Position numbers and translations under genes: made by a program. From Siphonobacter sp. (GTDB taxonomy: Bacteria; Bacteroidota; Bacteroidia; Cytophagales; Spirosomataceae), in the NCBI RefSeq assembly GCF_048595215.1, contig NZ_JBMDWJ010000195.1, positions 3,341 to 67,340 of the forward strand: a DNA stretch of 64,000 bases, given 5' to 3'. The notes below the pieces were generated by a model. It saw only the letters and a program-made list of their open reading frames with translations, made no database searches and was not told the DNA's origin. Below, piece after piece: positions 37,931-46,921 of this stretch. Numbering within the stretch: position 1 is the first letter of the stretch; every line of letters begins with the position of its first letter.

Positions 37931-40120
37931 ATGAGAATATTACTTGTACTGCTTTGCATGCCCTTTTTTGTCTGGGCCCAAAATGAAAAAATTACGGTTT
38001 CCGACCTGACACGAATCAAGTCGGCTTCTTCGATAAGTCTTTCGCCCGATGGCAAACGGGCCGTGTATGCCGTGCAAACCATGGAACCGGATGCCGAAAA
38101 AAAATGGGAGTACAACTACCGGACGCACCTCTGGCTGACGGATTTTCAAAACCCATCCCGCCAACTGACCCAGGGCGAAGAAAGCGTGAGTCGAGCCATC
38201 TGGAAGGATGCTAAAACCTTGCTGTTTACACGTCCGGTGAAAGGAAAATCGCAATTGTTTCAACTTTCACTGGAAGGAGGAGAACCCCGCCAACTGACCG
38301 ATTGGAAGTACGGTATTGGAAACCCGATCTTGTCTCCGGACGGATCAAAAATCGTTTTTTCGGTGGGATTAAGTTTGACGGAATTGCTGAAAGACAGTTT
38401 GTTCAATCCCTCCAAAGCGGTACCCGAATGGTCGTTTGAAAAGCCGGGTTTCAAGGACAATGCCTTTTTGAAAAGTGATTCGAAAGTAAAGCCGAATCCG
38501 GATGGCTCACTAGCTGAAATTCGGGCGTTCCTGAATCAGGACGTAGTCGATAAAAAGGCGAAAGTCATCAACCGACTCAATTTTCAGGGAGAAGCTACGA
38601 CCCAGCCCGAACTTAACTTCAGTCACATTTGCGTACTGGAGCTGAAAGAAGGAGCCACGCCGAAAGTCCTGACCACCGGCTTTAAGTCGTTTCAGGCTTC
38701 CGCCTGGAGTTCTGACGGAAAAGCCATTTACGCTACCACGGGTCAGCAAGCCAACGCTCATCCCGACCGGGAGCAAACTAGCAAGGTCATTCGCCTGACA
38801 CCGGAGAACGGCCAGATGCAGGACGTTTTTCAGGCCGAAAACCAACGGGCCTTTGCTCCGCTGCCTTCCTGGGATGGACAGCGAATCGCTCTATTAACAA
38901 GTCCTTCCGAAGGTGTTAATTTCCCCAAGCTCACAATTATTGCTACTAGTGGATCGGCTCAGCCAGTAACGGTTGAATTTGATCGCTCGGTATCGAACTT
39001 GTCCTGGTCGAAAGATTCCAAATATCTGTATTTCAGTGCCCACTCCAATGGTGGCCAGCCGCTGTATCGCTGGAACGTAGCGACGCAAAAGGTTGAACAA
39101 CTCTCGGATTACGATTCCGGTATGCTGGATTTTGACGTGTCAACGGATAAACTCGTATTCGTAAAAACGCAGGTTTCCGCCCCCAACGAGGTATACTGGA
39201 TTTCGCTGGCGAAAGCGGCTAAAAAAGGCAAAGCTTCGGATCTGACGCTAGCCGAGTTGAAAACGGCCATTCAGGAGGCTAAGCCTTTTACCTCTCTCAA
39301 TGACTGGGTAGCGAAGAAAACCCTGAGTATGCCCGAAAAACGGACGTTCCAGAACGAAAAAGGACAGACGGTGGAATACTGGATTATGAAACCCGCGAAC
39401 GTACAGGCTGGCAAAAAATACCCGTTGTTGCTGAATATGCACGGCGGACCAACCGCGATGTGGGGACCGGGCGAGGCGAGTATGTGGCATGAATTTCAGT
39501 ATTTCTGCTCGCAGGGCTACGGTGTAGTCTATGCCAACCCGCGTGGTTCGGGGGGCTATGGACTGGACTTTCAGCGGGGTAATATCAAGGACTGGGGTAC
39601 TGGACCGGCTTCGGATGTACTGCGGGCTGCCACTGAAGCGGCAAAAGAAAGCTGGTCCGACACGGCTCGTCAGGTGATTACGGGCGGTAGTTACGCGGGC
39701 TATCTGACGGCCTGGATCGTTGGGCACGATCATCGCTTCAAGGCGGCTTTCTCGCAACGGGGGGTGTATGATCTGACCACTTTTCTGGGAGAAGGCAATG
39801 CCTGGAGACTGGTACCTAACTATTTCCAATATCCCTGGCTGGACAAAACCGACCGCGTTCTGGAAGCCAACTCGCCCTATACGTTTGTGGACCAAATCCG
39901 GACACCTCTGCTGATCAAACACGGCGAGAATGACTTGCGTACGGGGGTAATTCAATCGGAAATGATGTACAAATCCATGAAAATCATGGGTAAGGAAGTC
40001 GAATACATACGCATGCCCGGTGGTACCCACGAGCTGAGCCGCAGTGGAAACGTTCGGCAGCGGATTGATCGGATGCTACGGATTTATGAATTTTTCGAAC
40101 GTTACGTCGGAACGAAGTAA
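37931..40120 (+). CDS. S9-family serine peptidase (prolyl oligopeptidase / acylaminoacyl peptidase type)
   Basis: Start at ATG 37931 (MRILLVLLCMPFFVWAQ). Has an N-terminal propeller. The nucleophile elbow is GGSYAGY, with a later D and H (GGTHE). Confidence 0.88.
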   Translation: MRILLVLLCMPFFVWAQNEKITVSDLTRIKSASSISLSPDGKRAVYAVQTMEPDAEKKWEYNYRTHLWLTDFQNPSRQLTQGEESVSRAIWKDAKTLLFTRPVKGKSQLFQLSLEGGEPRQLTDWKYGIGNPILSPDGSKIVFSVGLSLTELLKDSLFNPSKAVPEWSFEKPGFKDNAFLKSDSKVKPNPDGSLAEIRAFLNQDVVDKKAKVINRLNFQGEATTQPELNFSHICVLELKEGATPKVLTTGFKSFQASAWSSDGKAIYATTGQQANAHPDREQTSKVIRLTPENGQMQDVFQAENQRAFAPLPSWDGQRIALLTSPSEGVNFPKLTIIATSGSAQPVTVEFDRSVSNLSWSKDSKYLYFSAHSNGGQPLYRWNVATQKVEQLSDYDSGMLDFDVSTDKLVFVKTQVSAPNEVYWISLAKAAKKGKASDLTLAELKTAIQEAKPFTSLNDWVAKKTLSMPEKRTFQNEKGQTVEYWIMKPANVQAGKKYPLLLNMHGGPTAMWGPGEASMWHEFQYFCSQGYGVVYANPRGSGGYGLDFQRGNIKDWGTGPASDVLRAATEAAKESWSDTARQVITGGSYAGYLTAWIVGHDHRFKAAFSQRGVYDLTTFLGEGNAWRLVPNYFQYPWLDKTDRVLEANSPYTFVDQIRTPLLIKHGENDLRTGVIQSEMMYKSMKIMGKEVEYIRMPGGTHELSRSGNVRQRIDRMLRIYEFFERYVGTK

Positions 40121-40126
40121 GAAGTT

Positions 40127-40161
40127 AAATCCCTGACCTTAAGTGGTCAGGGATTTTTTTT
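40127..40161 (+). terminator. rho-independent terminator
   Basis: AAATCCCTGACC pairs with GGTCAGGGATTT, followed by a T-run. Confidence 0.85.
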
Positions 40162-40258
40162 GAAGATCGCTAAACCAGGCTTCACTCCGGGGCGTTCTAG
40201 CGGAGGTACGCTTTTTACGCGGTTATCGTACGTAGAGATCCTGTGAAAATAAATAGCT

Positions 40259-41152
40259 ATGAAATATCTGTGTATCCTATTAGTAAGTTGTGCAGGCTTT
40301 GCTTCTGCTCAAAGCCGAACGAGTACTGACGACTCGCTGGCGTTGATGAAAGCCACCTGGAATTTTCTGGATGTGGCTCCCGGAGTAACCTGGAAACACG
40401 TACATCTGAAAGATAAAGAGCTTTTTCAATCCAATCAGAACATTAATGTGCTGGACACCAAACTGAAAAACCGACGCGTAGTGTTTGGCTTTGTCTCCGC
40501 CGATATACCCGATGATTCGACGCGGAAGCTAGTACCAACCAGTACGCTGACTAAAAAAGCGGGAGCCGCTGCGGCGGTGAACGGTACGTTTTTCAACGTG
40601 AAACAAGCGGGGTCAGAAGACCTCATCAAGATTGATGGGAAGGTGCTGGATACGACTACGTATGCCTCTGATAAACCGTTGATCGAACATAAACAGGCCG
40701 CTCTGACCATTCGCAAACGTAAGGTTAGTATTGAGCGAGCTGCCGATGAGCGGGCGTATGGCTGGGATCAAAAACTGAATGCTCCGAACGTCATGGTAAC
40801 CGGTCCTTTGCTGTTGTGGGAAGGGCAGCCGGTACCGCTGAAAAAAAATGCCTTCAATGATAACCGTCACCCCCGTACGGCGGCCTGCATTACCCGTGAG
40901 AAACACCTTTTGCTGGTAACCGTGGATGGGCGAAATGCTCAGGCAGCGGGGATGTCCTTACCTGAACTGACGTACTTACTGAAACAGTTTCGCTGCGAAC
41001 GTGCGGTCAATCTGGATGGCGGCGGTTCTACGACGATGGTCATTACGGGTCAGCCTCACGAGGGTGTCGTGAATATGCCTTCGGACAATAAGATCTTTGA
41101 TCATCTGGGCGAACGGGCGGTGAGTAATGCGATTTTTATTCGGAAGAAGTAA
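40259..41152 (+). CDS. phosphodiester glycosidase family protein (DUF2233/NAGPA-like)
   Basis: Has a signal peptide. Reads NGTFF, PRTA and AVNLDGGGSTTM. Confidence 0.75.
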   Translation: MKYLCILLVSCAGFASAQSRTSTDDSLALMKATWNFLDVAPGVTWKHVHLKDKELFQSNQNINVLDTKLKNRRVVFGFVSADIPDDSTRKLVPTSTLTKKAGAAAAVNGTFFNVKQAGSEDLIKIDGKVLDTTTYASDKPLIEHKQAALTIRKRKVSIERAADERAYGWDQKLNAPNVMVTGPLLLWEGQPVPLKKNAFNDNRHPRTAACITREKHLLLVTVDGRNAQAAGMSLPELTYLLKQFRCERAVNLDGGGSTTMVITGQPHEGVVNMPSDNKIFDHLGERAVSNAIFIRKK

Positions 41153-41792
41153 AGGGCGTTTTTTTGTTTGTATAGCCAAATCGAACTCGTCCCGCAGGCA
41201 CGGTTGGGTAGTAACGTATTCTCATTTCGTGGCGTTTTGCTCTTCTAGCGTTTCGTTATTCACCTAGACGGAGTTGGGTGCTTCAGATAGGGCTGTTCGG
41301 CAGCCCGTAAGCCTTCCAGGCAGGACCTCTCCACGACTAACCATTCCATGGGGGCGACAGCCCGCTTTAGGCCACCGAGTTGCGGCTGTCGTAGGTCGTT
41401 CCGTTGCTTCCGGGCGGGAGGGGTTTTCTTCTTCTAGTAATGTTTGTTAGCCTTCTCGTAGGCACGAAAGAGCAACGTTATCAGGGAGTAATGTTGGTTA
41501 GCTAATCATTACTAATGGTAATTGTTAAGAAACAGTCAAATGCCTTCATGGGCGACATAACCCAGGCCCCGTCCTATCGCGAAAAGCCGCCTACTTCCTT
41601 GGCAATGCGGTGGCCTTGAGCAAGAGGAAGTGAGCGGCGTTCGCGATACGGACTAAAAGACCAGCCGCATCCAAGGGACGATATAGTGACCCTGTAATAA
41701 AGATTTGATTATTAATCGTTGTTAGGAAATCCCTGTATGGAATGTATAGCCTTCTCAGCAGGACGAAACACGTATCAAGCTTCATAACTCCT

Positions 41793-42620
41793 TTACTTCA
41801 AAAACTTATCCTGCAATGCCCTCCGACGCGGAGCGGTCAACCCCATTTCTTTTTCCAGAAATTGATCCATGCTGCCGTATTTTTTATCGATCGCCTGAAA
41901 GGTATTTTCCAGATACGCTGGGTTGGCGTCCAGCATCGAGCGGGCGGCTTCGGGGTCTAGTCCCTGTTGAGCCATGCCCTGTAACATGCGTTCGCGGTCG
42001 GCTTTCCAGAACTTATTCGTCGCCTGATAATCCTTCAAAATTGTCTGACGATCTACATTCAGGGCTGACAAAACCAAAGCCGCTCCAATTCCCGTCCGGT
42101 CTTTACCCGCCGTGCAGTGAAAGAGTAAGGATTCATCACCCTTCAACGTCAGTAAGTGATCAAACAGGGGTTTGTACTTGGCTTTCAGGTGTTCTGTACT
42201 CCGATACGTTTGCAGTAATAAAGTATCTTTCTGCGTACTGTTTTTCATCGCTTCGTAAAACTTCGCCATTTGCACGTGTTCGCTACCCGCGGGTAAGTGT
42301 ACGTATTGCACGCCCGTCGGGAGACGGTCGGGAGCCTTCTGGACCTCTTCGGGGCTCCGCAGGTCGCAGTCTACGGCAAGGTGAACGGATTCCAGCGTTT
42401 TCAAATCCTGATCACTGAGTTTACTAATATCCGCCGAGCGATAGATGCGGCCCCACTGCACCTGACGGCCATCGGGGGTGGGGTAACCCCCCAGATCACG
42501 GAAATTAGAACCGCCCTCCAGCACTACGGCCCGCTGTGCGTTATAAACCAGCGTATCCTGCTGAGCAAAAAGGGTTCCTGAAATCAATACGGAAGCAATG
42601 AGAATGAATGCCTTTTTCAT
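41793..42620 (-). CDS. secreted protein-tyrosine-phosphatase-like protein (CX5R)
   Basis: Start at ATG 42620 (MKKAFILIASVLISGTLFAQ). The active-site loop is HCTAGKDRTG. Confidence 0.8.
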   Translation of the reverse strand: MKKAFILIASVLISGTLFAQQDTLVYNAQRAVVLEGGSNFRDLGGYPTPDGRQVQWGRIYRSADISKLSDQDLKTLESVHLAVDCDLRSPEEVQKAPDRLPTGVQYVHLPAGSEHVQMAKFYEAMKNSTQKDTLLLQTYRSTEHLKAKYKPLFDHLLTLKGDESLLFHCTAGKDRTGIGAALVLSALNVDRQTILKDYQATNKFWKADRERMLQGMAQQGLDPEAARSMLDANPAYLENTFQAIDKKYGSMDQFLEKEMGLTAPRRRALQDKFLK

Positions 42621-42660
42621 AGGAATGTTCGGAATGAATAAGAATAGATGAACCTTACGA

Positions 42661-45543
42661 TTAGAAAATGTCCCAGCGAATACCCGCCTGTCCGCGTTGC
42701 GAATACCATTCGGTACTGGTAGGGCGTTCGAGTTTGCCCATGTACATGCGAACGGGCTCATTGGTGAGGTTATTCACTTCCACGAATACCCGGAATTTAT
42801 CACTGATGGTATACGCCGCTGAGCCATCCAGCGTGAAGTTGTTATCGGTCCAGGTGTAGAAATCAGGGCCCAATTGCTGATTGATCGCTTCGACCGAACG
42901 ACCCCGGAAGTTGCCGGCCAGTCGAATAGTCAAGCCCTTACGTTCGTAGAATACAATGGCGTTGAAGAGAAACTTCGATTGATTAGGAAGCGAAGTCGTT
43001 TCATACCGCATTTCGTTATTGACGCTTCGAGGTACCCGTAAGGAAGAGTGAATTGCCGTACCGTTCAGCTCGACACCTAGACCGCTCAGGAAACCCGGCA
43101 GAAAGTTAAAGCGACGGAGAATACCCAGTTCCAGACCTTTCAGCGAAGCATTTTCCAGATTTTGGGGTTGGGTGATGAGGGCCTGTAAGCCATTGTAGGT
43201 TTCTACCGTCTGATTACTGAAACTGTAATCCTTGATCTTTTTGTAGAACAAGCCGCCCGTCAGCAAGCCGATGTTGTCGAAGTAATATTCACCCATCACA
43301 TCAAAATTGCTGGCGAAAGTGGGCTTCAGATTAATATTCCCCCGAGAGATACTAATGGGATTGGTCGTAGTGTTAATGTTCTCACCCGGATTTAAATCCG
43401 AAAAGTTGGGACGAATGAAGGTACGCGTAAAGGCCGCCCGAAGTACGGATTTTTGCGTCGGCGTGTACTTCACATGAATCATCGGCAAAAAGGCGTGGTA
43501 ATCATTCTTCACCTTAGTAGGAGTCACTGTCTCTACGCTTTTCGACTGTCCGTTTTCCGTAATCGTTTCCCGTTTGTACGACGAGCCATTCAGTTTTACC
43601 GTCGTATGTTCGTTCCGCACCCCGCCAAAAAGCTTAAGTTTAGGCGTTACGTTCCACTCGCCCATGAGGTACAGGGCCAGTACATCTTCCGTCCCATCAA
43701 AACGTCCCGTAGCACTCGATATCGGTGAAACATCGCGAGCCTTCGTAGCTTGCTGGAATTCCGGTGAAAAGAGATCGAAAAGCTGATTTTTAGTCAGACT
43801 ATTCATGGCAAAAGCATCGTACGAACTACCCAGATTTCGAAAGAAATTCTGACGTACCGGAAAATCCGTGCGTTCGAGCTGACTCAGCGGTACCAGCGGA
43901 GGGGAGTTGGGAATACCCGCTGCGGCTCCGGGTAAATACACCAGCGAGGTATTTTGGGATTCTTTGTATTTATGACGGAATTTACCGCCCACTTTCAGAG
44001 AAAACCGGGACGAAACATCATACTTGACATTGGCTTGAGCGACCCGATCGGCTTCCTTCGTTCCCAACTGAGCAATCACGAGTTGGCGTAACGTTAACTG
44101 ATCCGGATTCATGAGTTCCGTAGGATCGTTTAGATGGGGAAGAATATGCATCGGATCGTCGCCTACGCCATTGGGCGAATCGAAGGAGAGATACCGTTTG
44201 CCATCCGAAGCCTGACCGCCGAAGCCTTTCGTGAGTTTTTGTTTGAAAGTGGCAATGGGTAAGCCGCGTTTATCCTTAGGAAGCGTTGGCGGAGTATCGA
44301 TGTAAAATTCACTAACGTAGTTGGACGCCGACCAGTCCAGTTTCAACCGCGAGGCCAACTGATGTTCGCCACCCATTTCACCGCCATCAATTCGCGTCTG
44401 GTAGTAGGAGTAGCGGTAATTCAATTGGTACTCATTGGTATTGAAAAGCAAATACGACTCGTATACCGGACGAATATCGTTGAACTTGTCGTGTAAGGCC
44501 CGCCCGAAGATTCGGTGCTTCTCGTTGAAACGGTATTCCAGCCCAGCGTTAAGTCCGTACGTCTGGCGTTTACCCATGTATCGTTTCAGCAGTAAGCTGT
44601 TCAAAGAGTACCGTTGCTCCGGAACTGGCAAGCCCGTGTTGTATGATACCACGTACTCATCCGTTCCCCACTGCCGATCCCAGATAGCCGCCGTTAGCAT
44701 CACGCCCAGCTTGCCTTTCATAAATCGGTCGCCGTAGGTAATGGAAGCATTATAAGTACCGTCTTTCGAGAAATTGTTGTAGCCACCGGCCGCACTCACG
44801 CTCAGCTTGCGAAACTCCGGAGCGACTCGTGTTACAAAATTGATTGAACCGCCAATGGCATCACCTTCCATATCGGGCGTCAGGGCTTTGGCCACTTGTA
44901 CGTACTGGATGATCTCGGACGGAACGGCATCGAGTACCGCATTCCGGCTACCGCCCACACTGGCACTGGGCATGCGGGTACCGTTGAGCAGGGTAGAAGT
45001 CCAGCTAAAGGGAACGCCCCGCACCGTCGCCTGATCAGCCTCGCCGTGGTACCGGGCCACCGCTACGCCGGGCATCCGCTGGACGGCTTCGGCAGCGTTA
45101 CGGTCGGGTAATTTCCCAATGGCATCGGCGGCCATTACGTCCATCATGGCGAGGGAATTTCGTTTGATACTCATCGCCTTGATCTGTGACGCCGCCATTG
45201 TGCCGCGAACCACGACATCCGATAAAGCTTTCCCTTCGGGCGTGAGTTTGATGATGGGAATGACTACTTCGCCCGTCGTTGCCTGCACCGTTAGTTCGGC
45301 CGTTTGGTAGCCAATGTAGCCAGCCGCCAGCGTAATCGGTCCGGCGGGTACATTTGTCAATCGGAAGGCTCCGCTTAGATCGGTTACCGTTCCCTGTGAG
45401 GTACCTTTCAAGCGAATCGCCGCTCCGGGCAAGGGGCCGTTTTCGTCCTCGATTCGTCCCGTTACGGAGCCCGAATGTTGACCGAATGCAAGGGTCCCGC
45501 TCAGGCAAAGCAGCAGGCTAAAGAGTAATGGTTTCAATCGCAT
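42661..45543 (-). CDS. TonB-dependent receptor (CarboxypepD_reg, plug and barrel)
   Basis: Has a signal peptide. Reads GRIEDENGPLPGAAIRLKGT, has a plug region, and ends in a C-terminal aromatic residue (..GIRWDIF). Confidence 0.88.
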   Translation of the reverse strand: MRLKPLLFSLLLCLSGTLAFGQHSGSVTGRIEDENGPLPGAAIRLKGTSQGTVTDLSGAFRLTNVPAGPITLAAGYIGYQTAELTVQATTGEVVIPIIKLTPEGKALSDVVVRGTMAASQIKAMSIKRNSLAMMDVMAADAIGKLPDRNAAEAVQRMPGVAVARYHGEADQATVRGVPFSWTSTLLNGTRMPSASVGGSRNAVLDAVPSEIIQYVQVAKALTPDMEGDAIGGSINFVTRVAPEFRKLSVSAAGGYNNFSKDGTYNASITYGDRFMKGKLGVMLTAAIWDRQWGTDEYVVSYNTGLPVPEQRYSLNSLLLKRYMGKRQTYGLNAGLEYRFNEKHRIFGRALHDKFNDIRPVYESYLLFNTNEYQLNYRYSYYQTRIDGGEMGGEHQLASRLKLDWSASNYVSEFYIDTPPTLPKDKRGLPIATFKQKLTKGFGGQASDGKRYLSFDSPNGVGDDPMHILPHLNDPTELMNPDQLTLRQLVIAQLGTKEADRVAQANVKYDVSSRFSLKVGGKFRHKYKESQNTSLVYLPGAAAGIPNSPPLVPLSQLERTDFPVRQNFFRNLGSSYDAFAMNSLTKNQLFDLFSPEFQQATKARDVSPISSATGRFDGTEDVLALYLMGEWNVTPKLKLFGGVRNEHTTVKLNGSSYKRETITENGQSKSVETVTPTKVKNDYHAFLPMIHVKYTPTQKSVLRAAFTRTFIRPNFSDLNPGENINTTTNPISISRGNINLKPTFASNFDVMGEYYFDNIGLLTGGLFYKKIKDYSFSNQTVETYNGLQALITQPQNLENASLKGLELGILRRFNFLPGFLSGLGVELNGTAIHSSLRVPRSVNNEMRYETTSLPNQSKFLFNAIVFYERKGLTIRLAGNFRGRSVEAINQQLGPDFYTWTDNNFTLDGSAAYTISDKFRVFVEVNNLTNEPVRMYMGKLERPTSTEWYSQRGQAGIRWDIF

Positions 45544-45584
45544 AGGGGTGTCGTTGTGTTTCGGCAGCGAAGCTAGGGGCGTGG

Positions 45585-45631
45585 AAAAAGAAAAAAGTTC
45601 AGGCCGATCGGGGCGAACCTGCCCGTTCGGC
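45585..45631 (-). terminator. terminator downstream of the membrane AraC gene
   Basis: GCCGATCGGGGC imperfectly pairs with GCCCGTTCGGC. A T-rich run follows on the minus strand. Confidence 0.6.
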
Positions 45632-45691
45632 TTGAACTTTTCGTTCTTGTAAACTACTGGAAATTAGGTATTTGTGAATTTTAACGAATTG

Positions 45692-46765
45692 TTAAATTTT
45701 GGATGGCTCCGAGATGGGACTGCTCAGAAACTGCTGGTACTGCGTGGGACTGTACCCGGTCACTTTCCTGAAATAGGTATTCAGCGTGGTCTTCGACTGA
45801 AAGCCCACCTGATGAGCTAGCTCCGCGATTTTTTCACCGGGATGGTTTTTCAGTAAAACGATCATTTCCTGGACGCGGAAATCATTCACGTAAGCGTAAA
45901 AATTCTTCTCGGCTTTCTGATTCAAAACCTGCGACAATTGCTGCCGGGAGATTTTCAGGGATTGGGCTAAATCATCCAGCGAAAGATCGGGATTATGGAA
46001 GGGTTTTTCCCGTCGCATGAGCTGCTCCAGAGCTTCGAAGTACGTCTGTAGTTGAGCGTCCGAAAGGCCTGATTTTTCATAGGTTTCACGAGCGGTTTCG
46101 GCTGGTTTGGACTGGGTATAGTTCTGCGTCAGAAAAAAACGCAGACAAATCCAGCAAATGATCCCGAACGCGAGGTAGGGGAAAAAATGGGCGTCCCAGT
46201 GTGTACCCAGCCAGGCATTGAAAAAAGATGTACAGTAGCCTATGAAAACCGAACTCATGAAAAAGGCACTGCACTGGAGTAACAGATTCCGTTCGCGGCG
46301 GGATAGCTGCGTATCCGGTACGAGTTTCCAGAGCAACCAGGTCGTATAGCTGGCGACGGAAACCATAAGCAGGTAGACAAATACTTCGAAAATCTGCTGA
46401 AACAAAGCCGGATTTTTGCTGGGAATTTGTCCAACCAGGCAGGAAACGTACAGCGTAAAAGCGAAGACAAACGGTACGAGGTGGAGGACTTTATGCGTTC
46501 GGGTAAGGGATTTGCCTTTGAACTGTAGATACTGAAAATACAGCAGCGGTCCGTAAGAAAAGGTGGTAAAGCTGTTGAGCCGGCCAAACAGATACGGATC
46601 GTTCAGGACCGAGAGCAGAAACAGTTTGACGCCCAGGTGAATACTGATCAGGGCAATCAATGTTTTTAGGTATAAGTACTGACGACTGAAGATGGTCTGC
46701 TTGGGTAAGACGTACAAACCAATGAGGGCCTGAGCGAAAGCGAAGGTGGTAATGAGGGAAATCAT
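45692..46765 (-). CDS. AraC-family transcriptional regulator with N-terminal polytopic membrane domain
   Basis: The N-terminal half has about 6-7 hydrophobic helices. The C-terminal AraC HTH pair reads LDDLAQSLKISRQQLSQVLN and FQSKTTLNTYFRKVTGYSPTQYQ. Confidence 0.8.
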   Translation of the reverse strand: MISLITTFAFAQALIGLYVLPKQTIFSRQYLYLKTLIALISIHLGVKLFLLSVLNDPYLFGRLNSFTTFSYGPLLYFQYLQFKGKSLTRTHKVLHLVPFVFAFTLYVSCLVGQIPSKNPALFQQIFEVFVYLLMVSVASYTTWLLWKLVPDTQLSRRERNLLLQCSAFFMSSVFIGYCTSFFNAWLGTHWDAHFFPYLAFGIICWICLRFFLTQNYTQSKPAETARETYEKSGLSDAQLQTYFEALEQLMRREKPFHNPDLSLDDLAQSLKISRQQLSQVLNQKAEKNFYAYVNDFRVQEMIVLLKNHPGEKIAELAHQVGFQSKTTLNTYFRKVTGYSPTQYQQFLSSPISEPSKI

Positions 46766-46864
46766 ATCGCTGGATATTTCCAGTAAAGATAGGATTCGTT
46801 CCTAGCGGGTCTAAGGCCGGATGGATTAAGAAATTATTACCAAAACCGTAGGCTAGGGCTATAA

Positions 46865-46898
46865 CAAAAGAGGTCTGATACGACGTGTACCAGACCTC
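46865..46898 (-). terminator. terminator downstream of the GMC oxidoreductase
   Basis: GAGGTCTG pairs with CAGACCTC. A T-run follows on the minus strand. Confidence 0.7.
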
Positions 46899-46921
46899 AG
46901 AATCAGACTTCTATCCTGAAA

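Noticed and set aside
41735-41775. GACGAAAC in ..CAGCAGGACGAAACACG.. as a hammerhead ribozyme core.
   Set aside because: No CUGANGA box or compatible three-stem arrangement could be found nearby on either strand.
41153-41792. tmRNA, RNase P RNA, SRP RNA, tRNA, or a cobalamin, TPP or guanidine riboswitch in the long gap.
   Set aside because: I could not find any of the following on either strand: the GAGGAAAGUCC or ACAGAA..GGCUUA RNase P blocks, a tmRNA tag-reading frame with a T-arm and CCA end, a GGUUCGAAUCC-type T-loop, a B12 box, or a TPP CUGAGA/ACCUGAUCUGGAUAAU core. The region is also downstream of both flanking genes, so it is not a 5' leader.
45544-45691. Cobalamin riboswitch upstream of the TonB-dependent receptor (BtuB-like context).
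   Set aside because: The leader is too short once the AraC terminator is subtracted, and it has no B12-box-like sequence.
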